Notes: generated from the sequence alone by a model not told the origin. Positions 47,697 through 60,547 are shown, counted from the stretch's first letter. The stretch is DNA of 64,000 nucleotides from Chthoniobacterales bacterium (GCA_038207335.1 JBBQZX010000002.1:160001-224000); one strand, 5' to 3'. Numbers and translations are program-made.

Positions 47697-50600
47697 TTAG
47701 CCGACCGCCGGCTCTGGCTCTTCAATGGTCTCAGGCATGTCGTCGCCGAGCGCAATGATCTTCACATCCTTGTGGCCGGGGAAGCCGGTGCCCGCAGGGA
47801 TCAGATGACCCATGATGACGTTTTCCTTGAAGCCACGCAGATGATCGATGCGCCCGAGCGTCGCCGCTTCGGTAAGCACGCGCGTCGTGTCTTGGAAAGA
47901 CGCTGCCGAGATGAACGAGTCCGTCTCGAGCGAAGCCTTCGTAATACCTAGCAGCACCGGGACAGCTTCCGCGGGTTTGCCACCTTTCTCGACTACTTCT
48001 GCGTTTTCCTTCTCAAACGCTAGCTTGTCGATCTGGTCGCCCCACAGCAGCGAAGTATCGCCCGGCTCAGTGACCTTTACCTTGCGCAGCATCTGCCGCA
48101 CAATGATCTCGATGTGCTTGTCGGCGATCTCGACGCCTTGGAGGCGATAGACTTCCTGCACCTCGTTCACCATGTGCTCCTGAAGTTCCTGCGGTCCGCA
48201 GACATCGAGGATGTCATGCGGCGGCACAGGCCCGTCGGTGAGCTGCTGGCCTTTCTTCACAAAGTCACCCTTGAACACGATGATGTGCTTGTTCAGCGGC
48301 ACGAGATGCTCTTCCTCGGCCTCAGTCTCAGGGTCTTTGACGATGATCTTTCGCTTGCCACGGACAGTGCCGCCGATCTCGACGTTACCGTCGATCTTCG
48401 CGATCTCCGCCGCGTCTTTCGGACGCCGCGCCTCGAAGAGTTCGGCTACACGCGGCAGACCGCCGGTGATGTCCTTGGTCTTCGCGATCTTTCGCGGCGT
48501 TTTGGCGAGCAAGGCGCCTGCTTGAACCTTCTTGCCTTCCGCAACAGTTACGTGCGCGCCAGCCGGAATCGAGTAACTCGCGATGACTTCCTTGTTATCG
48601 CCGACCACGACGATCTGCGGATGCAAATCCTCTTTGTGCTCGATGACTACTGTGCCCATGACCCCGGTCGCTTCATCCACCTCACGGCGGACAGTGACAC
48701 CGCTGATCATGTCGCGGAACTCGATCTTGCCAGTCTTCTCGGTCAAGATCGGCACGTTATACGGATCCCATTGGACAAAGGTGTCACCTTTCTTCACAGC
48801 GCCACCATCGGGAAGGTTTATCACCGAACCGATGACCACGTTGTATTTCTCGATCTCCCGGCCTTCCTTATTGTGAACCGTGATGGAGCCGTTCTTGTTC
48901 AGGACGATCCAGTTTCCATCGAGCGCCTGCACCGTGCGCAAGTCATTGAAACGCACGTTGCCATCGTTCTTCGCTTTGATCACCGGCTGCTTGAACGTCT
49001 GTGACGCCGTGCCGCCAATGTGGAAGGTACGCATGGTAAGCTGGGTTCCAGGCTCGCCGATGGACTGCGCGGCAATGATGCCGACAGCTTCGCCGAGCTT
49101 CACCATCTGCCCGGTCGCGAGATTGCGTCCGTAGCATTTGATGCACGTCCCGCGCTTGCTCTCGCAGGTCAGCACTGAGCGGATTTTCATCTGCTCCACA
49201 CCGATGCGGCTGATCGCATTCGCGGTTACTTCGTCGATGAGTTGGTTCTTCTTGATGAGCGCGGTGTTCGTCACCGGGTCCTTGATGGTCTCACAGCTCA
49301 CGCGGCCATTGATGCGGGTCGCGAGTTCGACGACTTCTTCGTCACCCTCGTAAATCGACTTCACGATAATGCCGTTGACGGTGCCGCAATCTGGCTCGTT
49401 GATGATGACGTCTTGCGACGCATCGACGAGCTTGCGGGTCAGGTAGCCCGAATCCGCGGTTTTGAGCGCGGTATCGGCGAGACCTTTCCGCGCACCATGC
49501 GTGGAAATGAAGTATTCGAGAACGGTCAGACCTTCGCGGAAGTTCGACGTGATCGGGCGCTCGATGATTTCGCCAGAAGGCTTGGCCATGAGTCCCCGCA
49601 TTCCCGCGAGCTGCTTGACCTGCTGGCGATTGCCCCGCGCGCCGGAGTCCACCATGAGGAACACAGGGTTGAGCTCCTTGCGTCCTTCATTGTGCTCCAG
49701 AGTCCGGAACATGACGTTTGCGATCTCCTCACCGGCGTGAGTCCAGATATCGATGATCTTGTTGTAGCGCTCACCATCCGTGATGATGCCGCGACGGTAT
49801 TGCTTATCAACTTCGCCGATCTGCTTGTAGGCGCTGGCGAGTTCGACCTGCTTCTCCTTCGGAATAATCATGTCCTTGATTCCGATCGAGATGCCGGCGC
49901 GAGTCGCCCACGTGAAGCCCATCTCCTTCAAGTCATCGAGCATCGTGACAGTCGCCGGATGACCCGCCGCCTGATAGGTGCGAAAGATGATGTCGGAGAG
50001 CTGCTTCTTGCCGCAGGCTTTGTTGAAGAAGCCCACGCCCTTCGGCCAGATTTTGTTGAAGATGACACGCCCGGCTGTCGTCTCGATGACCTTTGCTTCG
50101 GAGTCGCCATAAACGCTCTTTTCGCCTAGATCGGGGTTCTTGTAGCGAATGCGGTCGTGGACTTTCACCGAGCCTTCCGACATGGCGAATTCCACCTCGT
50201 CGGCATTGGCAAACAAGGACAGGCGCTCTGGCTCCGCGGAGCCCACGAGTTTGCGTGGGTTCTGCGAGAGGTAGTAGCAGCCGAGCACGATGTCCTGCGA
50301 CGGCGTGGTGATCGGCTTGCCGCTCGAAGGCGAAAAGATGTTATTCGGCGCGAGCATGAGCATCCGCGCTTCCATCTGCGCTTCGACTGAAAGCGGCACA
50401 TGGACAGCCATCTGGTCGCCGTCGAAGTCGGCGTTGTAAGCCGTGCAGACGAGCGGATGAATGCGGATTGCTTCGCCCTCGATCAACTGCGGCTCGAAAG
50501 CTTGGATCGACAAGCGATGCAGCGTCGGCGCGCGGTTCAGAAGGACAGGGTGTCCCTTGGTCACTTCGTCGAGAATGTCCCAGACCTCCGGCGTCTGGCG

Positions 50601-51809
50601 CTCGATCATCTTCTTCGCGCTGCGAACGGTGTGGACGTAGCCCAGCTCTTTGAGCCGCCGAATGATGAACGGCTCGAACAACACGAGCGCCATCTTTTTC
50701 GGAAGACCGCATTGGTTAAGCTTCAACTCCGGCCCGATGACGATTACGGAACGGCCCGAGTAATCGACGCGCTTGCCAAGCAAGTTCTGGCGGAAGCGTC
50801 CGCCCTTACCCTTTAGCATGTCGGAGAGCGACTTGAGAGGACGGTTGCCCGCGCCGGTCACCGCACGGCCATGACGGCCATTGTCGAACAAGGCATCCAC
50901 AGCTTCCTGCAACATACGCTTCTCGTTCCGAATGATGACATCGGGAGTCTTGAGAAGGAGCAGGTTCTTGAGACGGTTGTTGCGATTGATGACGCGGCGA
51001 TACAAGTCATTGAGATCGCTCGTTGCAAACCGCCCGCCTTCGAGAGGCACTAGCGGACGCAGGTCCGGCGGGATGACGGGGAGCACTTCCAGAATCATCC
51101 ACTCAGGACGTGTGTGGGAGTTGGCGAAGCCTTGCGCGAGCTTGAGGCGCTTCGCGAGCTTCTTGCGGATTTGCTTGGAACGCGTGGTTCCCATCATCTC
51201 CTCGAGTTCGACTTGAAGCTCGGCCAAGTCAGCGAGCGAAAGGAGTTGACGAATCGCGTCGGCGCCCATTCCGGCGGTAAACGTCTCGCCGTATTGCTCC
51301 TGGGCTTCGCGATACTCCGTCTCGGTCAGAAGTTGTCCTTTTTGCAAAGGAGTCTGGCCGGGGTCGATCACGAGGTAGTCCTCGTAGTAGATCACGCGCT
51401 CGAGCTGGCGGCTCGACATGTCGAGCATGAGGCCGATGCGCGACGGCATGCACTTGTAGAACCAGATGTGGGTGACTGGCACGGCGAGTTCGATGTGGCC
51501 CATGCGCTCGCGACGGACGCGGGCGAGAGTCACTTCTACGCCGCACCGGTCACAGATGACACCTTTGTGCTTGATGCGCTTGTACTTGCCGCACGAGCAC
51601 TCCCAGTCCCGAGTCGGGCCGAAGATTCGCTCGCAGAAAAGGCCGCCCTTTTCCGGCTTGAAGGTCCGGTAGTTGATGGTCTCCGGGTTCTTGACTTCGC
51701 CGTGGCTCCACGAGCGGATGCTTTCGGGCGACGCGACGGTGATGCCGACTTGGTCAAAGCCGACTGCGCGTTCTTCGCCGATCAGTTCACGAAAATTAGT
51801 TTCGGACAT
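47697..51809 (-). CDS. rpoC: RNA polymerase beta' subunit
   Basis: [12 protein letters not shown] catalytic motif, zinc finger CSCGKYK...[12 protein letters not shown]. Confidence 0.99.
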   Translation of the reverse strand: MSETNFRELIGEERAVGFDQVGITVASPESIRSWSHGEVKNPETINYRTFKPEKGGLFCERIFGPTRDWECSCGKYKRIKHKGVICDRCGVEVTLARVRRERMGHIELAVPVTHIWFYKCMPSRIGLMLDMSSRQLERVIYYEDYLVIDPGQTPLQKGQLLTETEYREAQEQYGETFTAGMGADAIRQLLSLADLAELQVELEEMMGTTRSKQIRKKLAKRLKLAQGFANSHTRPEWMILEVLPVIPPDLRPLVPLEGGRFATSDLNDLYRRVINRNNRLKNLLLLKTPDVIIRNEKRMLQEAVDALFDNGRHGRAVTGAGNRPLKSLSDMLKGKGGRFRQNLLGKRVDYSGRSVIVIGPELKLNQCGLPKKMALVLFEPFIIRRLKELGYVHTVRSAKKMIERQTPEVWDILDEVTKGHPVLLNRAPTLHRLSIQAFEPQLIEGEAIRIHPLVCTAYNADFDGDQMAVHVPLSVEAQMEARMLMLAPNNIFSPSSGKPITTPSQDIVLGCYYLSQNPRKLVGSAEPERLSLFANADEVEFAMSEGSVKVHDRIRYKNPDLGEKSVYGDSEAKVIETTAGRVIFNKIWPKGVGFFNKACGKKQLSDIIFRTYQAAGHPATVTMLDDLKEMGFTWATRAGISIGIKDMIIPKEKQVELASAYKQIGEVDKQYRRGIITDGERYNKIIDIWTHAGEEIANVMFRTLEHNEGRKELNPVFLMVDSGARGNRQQVKQLAGMRGLMAKPSGEIIERPITSNFREGLTVLEYFISTHGARKGLADTALKTADSGYLTRKLVDASQDVIINEPDCGTVNGIIVKSIYEGDEEVVELATRINGRVSCETIKDPVTNTALIKKNQLIDEVTANAISRIGVEQMKIRSVLTCESKRGTCIKCYGRNLATGQMVKLGEAVGIIAAQSIGEPGTQLTMRTFHIGGTASQTFKQPVIKAKNDGNVRFNDLRTVQALDGNWIVLNKNGSITVHNKEGREIEKYNVVIGSVINLPDGGAVKKGDTFVQWDPYNVPILTEKTGKIEFRDMISGVTVRREVDEATGVMGTVVIEHKEDLHPQIVVVGDNKEVIASYSIPAGAHVTVAEGKKVQAGALLAKTPRKIAKTKDITGGLPRVAELFEARRPKDAAEIAKIDGNVEIGGTVRGKRKIIVKDPETEAEEEHLVPLNKHIIVFKGDFVKKGQQLTDGPVPPHDILDVCGPQELQEHMVNEVQEVYRLQGVEIADKHIEIIVRQMLRKVKVTEPGDTSLLWGDQIDKLAFEKENAEVVEKGGKPAEAVPVLLGITKASLETDSFISAASFQDTTRVLTEAATLGRIDHLRGFKENVIMGHLIPAGTGFPGHKDVKIIALGDDMPETIEEPEPAVG

Positions 51810-51843
51810 AAGTTGAAATAGCTAGTTGGGACGAGGCGGTGAG

Positions 51844-54800
51844 TTACTGAAGGAGGCTGTCGGAAGTGTTGACGGGAGCTTTGCCGCCGACTTTCACATC
51901 GAGGCCGAGCGACTGCATTTCTTTGATGAGCACGTTGAAGGACTCGGGCGTGCCGGCTTCCAGCGAGTTGTCACCTTTGACGATGGACTCGTAGATGCGC
52001 GTGCGGCCTGCCACATCGTCGGATTTGACGGTAAGCAACTCCTGCAGCGTGTAGGCCGCGCCATAGGCTTCGAGCGCCCAGACTTCCATCTCTCCGAAGC
52101 GCTGACCGCCGTATTGCGCCTTGCCGCCGAGCGGTTGTTGGGTGACGAGCGAGTAGGGTCCGACAGCGCGGGCGTGAATCTTGTCAGCGACCAAATGGCC
52201 GAGTTTCAGCATGTAGATGTAGCCGACGACGACCTGCTGATCGAAAAGATCGCCAGTCCGGCCGTCATAGACGGAAGACTTGCCGCTCTCGTTGATCCAT
52301 GAGTAGCCCTCGACCTTCTGAGCCTCTTTCATGTAGTCGAAGATTTGCTTCTCGTGAATGCCGTCGAAAACAGGCGTCGCGACCTTGAAGCCGAGCGCTT
52401 TCGCAGCGACTCCGAGATGGGTCTCGAGAACCTGTCCGACGTTCATTCGACTCGGCACGCCGAGCGGATTGAGCACGATATCGACGGGCGTTCCGTCGCT
52501 GAGGTATGGCATGTCTTCCTCGGGCACGATGCGGGCGACGACGCCCTTGTTGCCGTGGCGTCCTGCCATCTTGTCACCGACGCTGAGCTTGCGCTTGCTG
52601 GCGACGAAGACCTTCACCTGCTTGATGATGCCGGGATCAACGTCATCGCCGCTCTCGACTTTGTCCATCGAGCGCTCGTGCTCAAGTTCCAGCTCGGCGA
52701 ACTTGTGCTCGAACTGGCCAATGATCTCGCGGATTTTGTTGCGGATCGGCGAAGGGTCGATATCGACGTGGTCATAGACGCCGGCGAGCTTTCGCAGCAG
52801 GGTCTTGGTGATCTTGCGGTTGGCAGGAATGATGATCTCGCCGGTCTGAGCATTGACGACATCGAGCGGGATTTTCTCGCCGAGAAGGATGTTCGACAGA
52901 GCTTCCGTAAGTTGCTCGTGCAGTTCGTCTTTCTTCTTGGTGTGCTCTTCGTCGATCTGCTTCGCCTGCCGCTTGGATTCCGCGGGAGAGAGCTTGATCT
53001 TCGTGATCTCTTTCCGGCTGGAGACCTTCACATCCATGACGATGCCGTAGGTGCCGGACGGGACGGTCAGCGACGTGTCTTTCACGTCTGCGGCTTTCTC
53101 GCCGAAGATGGCGCGCAGGAGGCGCTCTTCAGGTGCGAGTTCCGTCTCGGACTTCGGGGTGATTTTGCCGACAAGGATGTCCCCAGGTTTCACCTCCGCG
53201 CCGATGCGAATGACGCCGTCGGGGCCGAGATTGCGCAGCGCTTCTTCGCTGACATTCGGAATGTCTCGCGTGATTTCCTCGGGTCCCAGCTTGGTGTCGC
53301 GGGCTCCGATTTCAAACTCGTCGATGTGGATGGACGTGTAGATGTCTTCCTTCACCACGCGCTCGCTGATCGTGATCGCGTCCTCGAAGTTGTAGCCATT
53401 CCAAGGCATGAACGCGACAAGCACGTTGCGCCCAAGAGCGAGTTCACCCTTCTCGGTATTCGGACCGTCGGCGATGACGTCTCCTTTTTTGACCGACTGG
53501 CCTTTCTTGACGATCGGCTTTTGGTTCACGCAGGTGCCCGCGTTCGAGCGCAGGAACTTGCGGAGGTCGTAGAAGTAGATGCCTTCTTCCGGGTCGTGCT
53601 TGAGCTTCTTTTTACCTTCGGGAAGCTGGCCGTCCTTTGTGACGATGATGAGGTCGGCAGTAACACTCGCGACCTTGCCATTTGCCTCGCAGACAATGAC
53701 TGCGCGCGAATCGCGTGCGACTTTACCCTCCATGCCAGTGCCGACGAATGGTGACTCGCTGATGAGCAGCGGAACACCCTGACGTTGCATGTTCGAGCCC
53801 ATGAGTGCGCGGTTCGCGTCGTCATGCTCAAGGAAGGGAATCAGGCCGGCGGCGACTGAGACTAGCTGCTTCGGCGAGATGTCCATGTAGCTGACTTTCG
53901 CCGGCTCGACTTCCAAGAAGTCTCCACGGTATCGGACAGCGACTTTCTCGGTGGTGAAGTTACCCTTTTCGTCGATCGGCGAGTTAGCCTGCGCGACGAG
54001 GAACTGCTCCTCACGGTCGCCCGTGAGGTAGTCGATTTCGTCACTGACCCGGCCATTGACGACCTTGCGGTAAGGCGTCTCGAGGAAGCCGAAGTCATTG
54101 ATCCGGGCATACGTGGACATCGAGCTGATGAGTCCGATGTTCGGGCCTTCAGGAGTCTCGATGGGGCAGATGCGGCCGTAGTGAGACGGATGCACGTCGC
54201 GCACCTCGAAGCCTGCACGATCGCGTGAGAGGCCTCCTGGCCCAAGGGCCGAAAGACGGCGCTTATGGGTAAGCTCGGCGAGCGGGTTGGTCTGATCCAT
54301 GAACTGGCTCAGTTGCGAGCGACCGAAGAAGTCGCGAATCACAGCGCTGAGCGCCTTCGGATTGATGAGCTTCTGCGGCGTCATACCCTCGACATTCACG
54401 TCGAACAAAGTCATGCGCTCCTTCACCAAACGCTCGGTGCGGGCGAGGCCGACACGGCATTGATTGGCGAGCAACTCACCGACGGTGCGCACGCGGCGCG
54501 AGCCCAGGTGATCGATGTCGTCGAGCATCCCTTCGCCACGGCGCAGACCGATGAGATACTTCATCGCGGCAATGAAGTCCTCCTTGGTCATGATGCGCTC
54601 GGTGAGCGGGATGCTCAGGCCCATCTTCTGGTTGAGCTTGTAGCGTCCGACGCGACCGAGATCGTATTTTTTCGGATCGAAAAAGAGACGCTTGAGCAAG
54701 CCTCGCGCATTCGGAACCGTGGGTGGGTCGCCAGGGCGGAGGCGGCGGTAGATGTCCTTCAACGCCTCTTCCTCATCGTGCGCCGGGTCCTTTTTGAGCG

Positions 54801-55644
54801 CCTTGATGATGGTGTCGTCGTCCTTGGTATCGACGACCTGCACGTCTTTCACGCCGAGCGCGATGATCTGCCGGATGGTCGCCTTGGTCAGCGGTTCGAA
54901 GGCGCGCGCCACGGTGATTTCACCGTCGCGGACATCGGCGATGAGCACCTTGGTCGCAATCTCGTCTTCCGCGAGCGACTCGCTGAGCTTCAGCTTCTCG
55001 ACGGCATAAAAGAGCTTGATGATTTCCTCGTCACTGCCGTAGCCGAGCGCACGGAGGAAGGTGGTCGCGAGGAACTTGCGGCGGCGCTTGCGGCGGTCAA
55101 GGTAGATGTAAAGGAGGTCGTTCGTATCGAACTGCACCTCGAGCCACGAACCGCGATCGGGGATGATGCGGAAGCTGAAAAGCACCTTGCCATTCAGATG
55201 AACTGACGACTCGAACGCGATGCCGGGCGAGCGGTGAAGCTGCGAGACGACGACGCGCTCGGCACCGTTGATGACGAATGTGCCCTGCGGCGTCATGAGC
55301 GGAATCTCGCCCATATAGACCTTCTCCTCCTTGGTGCCCTTCTCCTCCTTCAGCGAAAATGTGACGTGCAGCGGCGCGCTGAAAGTCTGGCTCTCGCGCA
55401 TCGACTCGCGGACATTGAGCTTCGGCTCGCCGATCTCGTAGCTGGAAAAATCGAGCGTGACTTTTTCGTCGTAGCTTTGGATCGGGAAGACCTCCTTGAA
55501 GACGGCCTGCAAGCCCATTTCTTTGCGCTTGCTGAGCTGCACATTCGTCTGGAGAAACTCGACGTATGAGTTGAGCTGGACCTCGATGAGGTTTGGTGGG
55601 TCGATGACCTCGCGGATTTTGCCGAAATACTTTCTCTCTGACAT
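51844..55644 (-). CDS. rpoB: RNA polymerase beta subunit
   Basis: [51 protein letters not shown]. Confidence 0.99.
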   Translation of the reverse strand: MSERKYFGKIREVIDPPNLIEVQLNSYVEFLQTNVQLSKRKEMGLQAVFKEVFPIQSYDEKVTLDFSSYEIGEPKLNVRESMRESQTFSAPLHVTFSLKEEKGTKEEKVYMGEIPLMTPQGTFVINGAERVVVSQLHRSPGIAFESSVHLNGKVLFSFRIIPDRGSWLEVQFDTNDLLYIYLDRRKRRRKFLATTFLRALGYGSDEEIIKLFYAVEKLKLSESLAEDEIATKVLIADVRDGEITVARAFEPLTKATIRQIIALGVKDVQVVDTKDDDTIIKALKKDPAHDEEEALKDIYRRLRPGDPPTVPNARGLLKRLFFDPKKYDLGRVGRYKLNQKMGLSIPLTERIMTKEDFIAAMKYLIGLRRGEGMLDDIDHLGSRRVRTVGELLANQCRVGLARTERLVKERMTLFDVNVEGMTPQKLINPKALSAVIRDFFGRSQLSQFMDQTNPLAELTHKRRLSALGPGGLSRDRAGFEVRDVHPSHYGRICPIETPEGPNIGLISSMSTYARINDFGFLETPYRKVVNGRVSDEIDYLTGDREEQFLVAQANSPIDEKGNFTTEKVAVRYRGDFLEVEPAKVSYMDISPKQLVSVAAGLIPFLEHDDANRALMGSNMQRQGVPLLISESPFVGTGMEGKVARDSRAVIVCEANGKVASVTADLIIVTKDGQLPEGKKKLKHDPEEGIYFYDLRKFLRSNAGTCVNQKPIVKKGQSVKKGDVIADGPNTEKGELALGRNVLVAFMPWNGYNFEDAITISERVVKEDIYTSIHIDEFEIGARDTKLGPEEITRDIPNVSEEALRNLGPDGVIRIGAEVKPGDILVGKITPKSETELAPEERLLRAIFGEKAADVKDTSLTVPSGTYGIVMDVKVSSRKEITKIKLSPAESKRQAKQIDEEHTKKKDELHEQLTEALSNILLGEKIPLDVVNAQTGEIIIPANRKITKTLLRKLAGVYDHVDIDPSPIRNKIREIIGQFEHKFAELELEHERSMDKVESGDDVDPGIIKQVKVFVASKRKLSVGDKMAGRHGNKGVVARIVPEEDMPYLSDGTPVDIVLNPLGVPSRMNVGQVLETHLGVAAKALGFKVATPVFDGIHEKQIFDYMKEAQKVEGYSWINESGKSSVYDGRTGDLFDQQVVVGYIYMLKLGHLVADKIHARAVGPYSLVTQQPLGGKAQYGGQRFGEMEVWALEAYGAAYTLQELLTVKSDDVAGRTRIYESIVKGDNSLEAGTPESFNVLIKEMQSLGLDVKVGGKAPVNTSDSLLQ

Positions 55645-55753
55645 GACGTTGGGTAGCTCGTTGCTGCGGTTGTTTCGATCATGGCCCGGCCCCGCATCGC
55701 AGCGTGCGGGATGGGCCGTAAAAAAATTTCAGAGACACCGTGCCCGGACACGA

Positions 55754-55816
55754 AACGCAGAGGCGCAGAAACGCAGGGGGGTAAAAAACTCCTCTGCGTT
55801 TCTGCGTCTCTGCGTT
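55754..55816. repeat. REP-like octamer-based inverted repeat in rpoB upstream region
   Basis: aacgcagaggcgcagaaacgcag ... ctgcgtttctgcgtctctgcgtt, near-perfect 23-bp stem. Confidence 0.75.
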
Positions 55817-55951
55817 GAAAATTCGGTCCGGGCGGCGGCGGCGGTCAAAGAAAAGGCAAGTCCGAAATTTTGGTTTTCGGACAAACGGGACGCGGACTCT
55901 CGGGGAGAAGTTGCGCCTCCGCAAGAAAAAACTTGCCTTATTTTTTGGAAT

Positions 55952-56587
55952 TCATCCGCGAGCGGCGGAAATGAACGATTGGAGCAGGTCGGCTGATTTT
56001 ACCCCGGGCGCATCTTCCACCCCACTGGCGACATCGACTGCGTACGGGCACACGGCGCGGATCGCGTCACCGACATTCGACGGCGTGAGTCCTCCAGCGA
56101 GGATGAGATGCAGCCTCGGGTGCCGGCGGGCTAGCGCGGTGGCGAGCGCGAGATCGAGGCTCGCGCCGGTGCCGCCGAATGCGTCAGGGACATGAGCGTC
56201 GATGAGAACGTGCTGCGTGGAAAAGTCGGCGGCGGTGTCGATGGCTGCGGCGTTTGCGAGGCGCAGGGCCTTGATAAATGGCCGGCCTTCGCGCGCGAAT
56301 TCAGCGCAGTACTCCGGATCTTCGTCACCGTGGAACTGCACCATGTCGATGGCAGAATGCGCGGCGATGCGGCGCGCCTCGGCAATTGGGAGGTTCACAA
56401 GAACCGCGATCTTCGACACAAACGGCGGGAGGTCGCGAATCCACGCGGCGTTTTCGTCGAGCGAGATGAAGCGCTTTGAGCCGGGAAAGAGGTTGAACCC
56501 GAGTGCGTCGGCACCGAAGTGGATCGCGCAGAGTGCATCGCCGAGGCGGGTGATGCCGCAAATTTTAACGCGGGTGCGGGCGCTCAT
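55952..56587 (-). CDS. trpF: Phosphoribosylanthranilate isomerase
   Basis: VKICGIT, GADALGF, VQFHGDE, FGGTG, LAGGL, VDVASGVE. Confidence 0.95.
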   Translation of the reverse strand: MSARTRVKICGITRLGDALCAIHFGADALGFNLFPGSKRFISLDENAAWIRDLPPFVSKIAVLVNLPIAEARRIAAHSAIDMVQFHGDEDPEYCAEFAREGRPFIKALRLANAAAIDTAADFSTQHVLIDAHVPDAFGGTGASLDLALATALARRHPRLHLILAGGLTPSNVGDAIRAVCPYAVDVASGVEDAPGVKSADLLQSFISAARG

Positions 56588-57339
56588 GCGGGCTGTTCTT
56601 CGGGAAAGTGAAAGCTGGGCATGGCCTCGACGAGCTTCACGATTCCTTCGCCCCATTTGTGCTGGATTTCGCGAAGGAACGGGTTGCCGTCGCCGATGCG
56701 GCAGCGCTGCTCGACTCGCAGCGAATCGGCGCGATACGCAAGGACATCGAGCGGCGGGCCGACGGCGACATTGCTCTTCATCGTCGCCTCCATCGAGATG
56801 AGTCCGAATTTCACCGCCTCGGAAAGCCGCGTCTCGTAGGAGAATCCGCGGTCGAGAATCGGCTTGCCGTATTTGGATTCGCCGATCTGCAGGAACGGCG
56901 ACTCCTTGTTGGCCTTGAGCGAATTTCCCTGCGGATAGACGTAGTGAATCTCGTGCGCTTGGCCGGCAATCTGGCCGCCGACGAGGACGTTGATATTGAA
57001 GCCGAACCCATCCGCCTCCAGCGCCGCGCGGTCGAGCCGATCGACCTCGCGCACTTTCGACCCGACGTATCTCGCGGTCGCGAAGAGGGTGCTCTGGTTC
57101 ATTAAATGCGCGCGGCTCGGGTCTTGTTTTCCGAGGGCGATGTCCTCCTCGATGAGCGCCACGACGGACTGCGTGAGCGAGAGGTTTCCCGAAGTCATGA
57201 GGCACAGCACCCGGTCGCCGGGCTCGTCATAGACGCGCATTTTCGGACGGATGTTGATGTTATCCACGCCCGAACTCGTGCGCGAATCGGCGACAAAAAC
57301 GAGGCCTTCACGGCAAAGGAGGCTGAGGCAGTAGGTCAT
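56584..57339 (-). CDS. Proteasome-type protease (Anbu)
   Basis: N-terminal MTYC (Thr nucleophile), DSRTSSGVDNI, GNLSLTQ, YPQGN, QIGESKYGKPILDR. Confidence 0.9.
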   Translation of the reverse strand: MTYCLSLLCREGLVFVADSRTSSGVDNINIRPKMRVYDEPGDRVLCLMTSGNLSLTQSVVALIEEDIALGKQDPSRAHLMNQSTLFATARYVGSKVREVDRLDRAALEADGFGFNINVLVGGQIAGQAHEIHYVYPQGNSLKANKESPFLQIGESKYGKPILDRGFSYETRLSEAVKFGLISMEATMKSNVAVGPPLDVLAYRADSLRVEQRCRIGDGNPFLREIQHKWGEGIVKLVEAMPSFHFPEEQPA

Positions 57340-57425
57340 TGAATTTAGGAAGTAAGATTTAGGATTTAGGATTCGCGCGGCTACGCGCGAAGGGCCGTCT
57401 GCGCTGCTTCGAGCGGCGGTGTCGC

Positions 57426-57863
57426 CTATTCGATCACCCGGCCTTGGACGGGTTTGATCGGTTGCTCGTCGAGCGTTTGAGAGCGGGGATTTCCGCGGCA
57501 GGTCGTGATTTTTAAATGACTGTCGCCCGTCTTGAGGAAGACGCTGAGCGACCAGTTCACGATGCTGACGATGAGCGCGCCGAAGAACGCCTGGCCGAAG
57601 CCCGCGACGTGAAAGCCAGAGACGAGTCCGGCGACGAACCACAGGAGTAGCGCGTTCACGACGAGGATGAAAAGGCCGAGCGAGAGAAGAATGAATGGCA
57701 GGCTCAGCAGCAGGAGCACGGGACGCACGAGGGCGTTCACGATGCCGAGCAGCAGCGCGACGGTGATGAGCGCACCGGGGCCGGCGTATTGCATCCCGGT
57801 GAGATTCGCGGCGACGGCGACCGCGATCGTCGTGATGAGCCAGCGCGTGAGAAACAGTTTCAT
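57426..57863 (-). CDS. 4-TM membrane protein, YvlD/phage holin superfamily IV
   Basis: LLGIVNALVRPVLLLLSLPF...LGLFILVVNALLL...GFGQAFFGALIVSIV. Confidence 0.85.
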   Translation of the reverse strand: MKLFLTRWLITTIAVAVAANLTGMQYAGPGALITVALLLGIVNALVRPVLLLLSLPFILLSLGLFILVVNALLLWFVAGLVSGFHVAGFGQAFFGALIVSIVNWSLSVFLKTGDSHLKITTCRGNPRSQTLDEQPIKPVQGRVIE

Positions 57864-58011
57864 TCCCGCGAACGATACCCCGCCGCCGCGCCTTTCCAAG
57901 CCAGACGAATCGCCACGCACTTTCCGCTCGCGACTTCCTCCGCGCTGTCTCATTGATTTCCCCATGCCCACTCGGTTTCCCCTCCTTTTGAAAATCGCGC
58001 GTCTTTGCGCC

Positions 58012-58236
58012 ATGAGTTCGATTTTGCTCGTTGCAGTCTGCGTTTACACCGGATGCAGCACTACCCCCCCTGTACGCCTCGTCGCGACCGATCCATATGT
58101 CCTGAGCAGTTCTGTCTCTTACGATCCGCATGGCGACGATTCCGGATACACCTATCACCACGATCGCGGCGCACTCCGCCGCCGCGACACCGTCACCGAG
58201 ATCGACGAAAAACGCGTCGTGCAATACGAACGCTAG
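58012..58236 (+). CDS. Putative small lipoprotein
   Basis: Hydrophobic N-terminus ending YTGC; start could be 57964. Confidence 0.45.
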   Translation: MSSILLVAVCVYTGCSTTPPVRLVATDPYVLSSSVSYDPHGDDSGYTYHHDRGALRRRDTVTEIDEKRVVQYER

Positions 58237-58340
58237 GCTTGAAAATCCCCCGCTCCGGCGGCATTTTTTAATGTGCGCGGGCGCTGCAGAGTGGCGCCGA
58301 TTCACCACCAGCAATAACCTCCCGCGCCGCTTCGCTGCTT

Positions 58341-58733
58341 ATGTCCACGCCAGACTCCCCGCTCAACGAGACCGCCACCCACACGCACTGCCCGCTCTGC
58401 GGCGCCGCGCTCGATCCAGCCTCTCAAAATGAATGCCCGAAGTGCGACTGGGTGCTCGGATACCGCCGCCGCGAAACCACCGACGCCGGCTCCGTGCGCG
58501 ACCGCCTCGCGGTCCTTTTCAGCATCGTCCCCGGCCTCGGCCACATCTACAAAGGGCACCGCCTCCTCGGCGCGATCCTCATGCTCGGCAGCGCCTTCGC
58601 ATTTTCCGCGGCATCGCTCGCCGGCTTCGCGAGCGCGGGCTGGGGCCTGCTGCTCATGCCGTTGTATTGGATCGGCGTCATGCTCCACGCGTATTGGCTG
58701 GAAGATCTCGCCGCCGTGAAGCCGACGCCGTAG
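58341..58733 (+). CDS. Zinc-ribbon plus transmembrane hypothetical protein
   Basis: CPLC...CPKC then FSIVPGLGHIYKG and TM helices. Confidence 0.7.
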   Translation: MSTPDSPLNETATHTHCPLCGAALDPASQNECPKCDWVLGYRRRETTDAGSVRDRLAVLFSIVPGLGHIYKGHRLLGAILMLGSAFAFSAASLAGFASAGWGLLLMPLYWIGVMLHAYWLEDLAAVKPTP

Positions 58734-58906
58734 CCGCCCCGATCCTCGATCCCGCCCGGCGCTCCACCTTCACCCACCGGGCTCACCGATCCCGGCGACC
58801 ACGCGGCCCACAAAGGATTTGCCGCGCCGCCGCGCTTCCGCTGAATTCCCCGCCCCACCGGCCGCGTTCGCCGCACAGTCCGCTCTACACTTTCACAAAA
58901 AAACAA

Positions 58907-60076
58907 ATGCTCTCCGCTGGAATCGTCGGCCTCCCAAACGTCGGTAAATCGACCCTCTTCAACGCCGTCACGCGCACCCAAAAAGCGCAGGCCGCCAACT
59001 ACCCCTTCTGCACCATCGACCCGAACGTCGGCGTCGTCACCGTCCCCGACCCGCGCCTCGCCGTCCTCAGCAAACTCTCTTCCTCCAAAAAACTTGTCCC
59101 GGCCGCCATCGAATTCGTCGATATCGCCGGGCTCGTGAAAGGTGCCAGCGCGGGCGAAGGCCTCGGCAACAAATTCCTCAGCCACATCCGCGAAGTTCAC
59201 GCCATCGTGCAAGTCGTCCGCTGCTTCGAGGACGACGACATCCACCACGTCAGCGGCTCCGTCGATCCCGTCCGCGACATCGAAGTCATCAACACCGAAC
59301 TCGTCCTCGCCGACCTCGCCGCCGTCCAGAAGCGCACCGATCGCAACACCAAACTCGCCCGCTCCGGCGACAAACAAGCCAAGGCCGAAATCGCCGTCTG
59401 CGAGAAACTCATCCCCCACCTCGACCAGGGCAAACCCGCCATCACCCTCGCCCTCAGCGACGAAGAGCAGAAAATAGCGCGCGACTTCTTCCTCCTCAGC
59501 AGCAAGCCCACCATCTTCGCCTGCAACGTCGCCGAGTCCGACCTCGGCGTCGTCTCCGCCCTCGTCGCCGCTGCCGGTGAAAATGAAGGCGCCCTCCCGT
59601 CCGATGCCGTCGAGCTCACCCCCGCCGCCATCTTCGTCAAAGCCGTGCAGGACTACGCCCGCGCCCACTTCGCCACCGAGGCCGTCGTCATCAGCGCCCA
59701 GATCGAGAGCGAACTCGCCGAGCTCGCCGACGAAGAAGCCGCCGAATACCTCCGCGGCCTCGGCGTCGCCAGCAGCGGCGTCGGCTCCCTCATCCGCGCC
59801 GTCTATCACCTCCTCGGCCTGCGCACCTACCTCACCACCGGCGAGCAGGAGACCCGCGCCTGGACCATCCGCGCCGGCGACAAAGCCCCCGCCGCAGCCG
59901 GAGTCATCCACAGCGACTTCGAGCGCGGCTTCATCGCCGCCGAAGTCGTCCACTTCGACGACCTCATCACCCTCGGCAGCACCGGCAAAGCGCGTGAACT
60001 CGGCAAACTCCGCATCGAAGGAAAAGAATACGTCGTCAAAGACGGCGACGTCGTCGAATTCCGCTTCAACGTCTGA
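58907..60076 (+). CDS. ychF: Redox-regulated ATPase YchF
   Basis: [51 protein letters not shown]. Confidence 0.97.
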   Translation: MLSAGIVGLPNVGKSTLFNAVTRTQKAQAANYPFCTIDPNVGVVTVPDPRLAVLSKLSSSKKLVPAAIEFVDIAGLVKGASAGEGLGNKFLSHIREVHAIVQVVRCFEDDDIHHVSGSVDPVRDIEVINTELVLADLAAVQKRTDRNTKLARSGDKQAKAEIAVCEKLIPHLDQGKPAITLALSDEEQKIARDFFLLSSKPTIFACNVAESDLGVVSALVAAAGENEGALPSDAVELTPAAIFVKAVQDYARAHFATEAVVISAQIESELAELADEEAAEYLRGLGVASSGVGSLIRAVYHLLGLRTYLTTGEQETRAWTIRAGDKAPAAAGVIHSDFERGFIAAEVVHFDDLITLGSTGKARELGKLRIEGKEYVVKDGDVVEFRFNV

Positions 60077-60166
60077 GCCGCCAATCCTCTCCGCGTGGGC
60101 TGTCACGCGCGGAGCGGTCCGCTGCCGCGCATGGTCAGGCGATTGCCCGGATGAGAGTTGGCTGAC

Positions 60167-60484
60167 TTACCGGGTGTTAGCGACGGCGACCGCTGCGGTC
60201 TTAATCGTCATGGCGCGTAGTTCTTCAGCGCGGTCTTGGAGTTGACCGTGCAGGACTTCGAGCTGTTTGCGCTGCTCGTCGGACTGAGTGGTCTCGGTTT
60301 GGAGTTTCAGGGCGAGGTCGAATGCGGCCATTCTGAGCTTCTTGTATTGCTCGATGGCCAACTGAACGTCGGCCTGCTGGAATTGCTGTTCGACGGGGAT
60401 GGTTGTCGGGGTCGCATCGGCTGCCGTAAGGCGAGCGCCGAGGAGTGAGATGATGAGGGCGGCGGTTGCGATGGTGGCTTTCAT
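60167..60484 (-). CDS. Small secreted coiled-coil hypothetical protein
   Basis: Signal peptide MKATIATAALIISLLGARLTA; helical Q/E-rich body. Confidence 0.65.
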   Translation of the reverse strand: MKATIATAALIISLLGARLTAADATPTTIPVEQQFQQADVQLAIEQYKKLRMAAFDLALKLQTETTQSDEQRKQLEVLHGQLQDRAEELRAMTIKTAAVAVANTR

Positions 60485-60547
60485 TTTATTTTGGCTTCTT
60501 GGTGGACTGGTGGCGGAGAGATTCGTTCATCGCGCGGGACGCGCCGG

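Noticed and set aside
54230..54340. Rifampicin-resistance substitutions in RpoB cluster I
   Set aside because: Q, D, H, R and S positions are the canonical sensitive residues
57426..57863. 'Phage holin' as sign of a prophage
   Set aside because: YvlD-type family is common in chromosomes; no phage genes nearby
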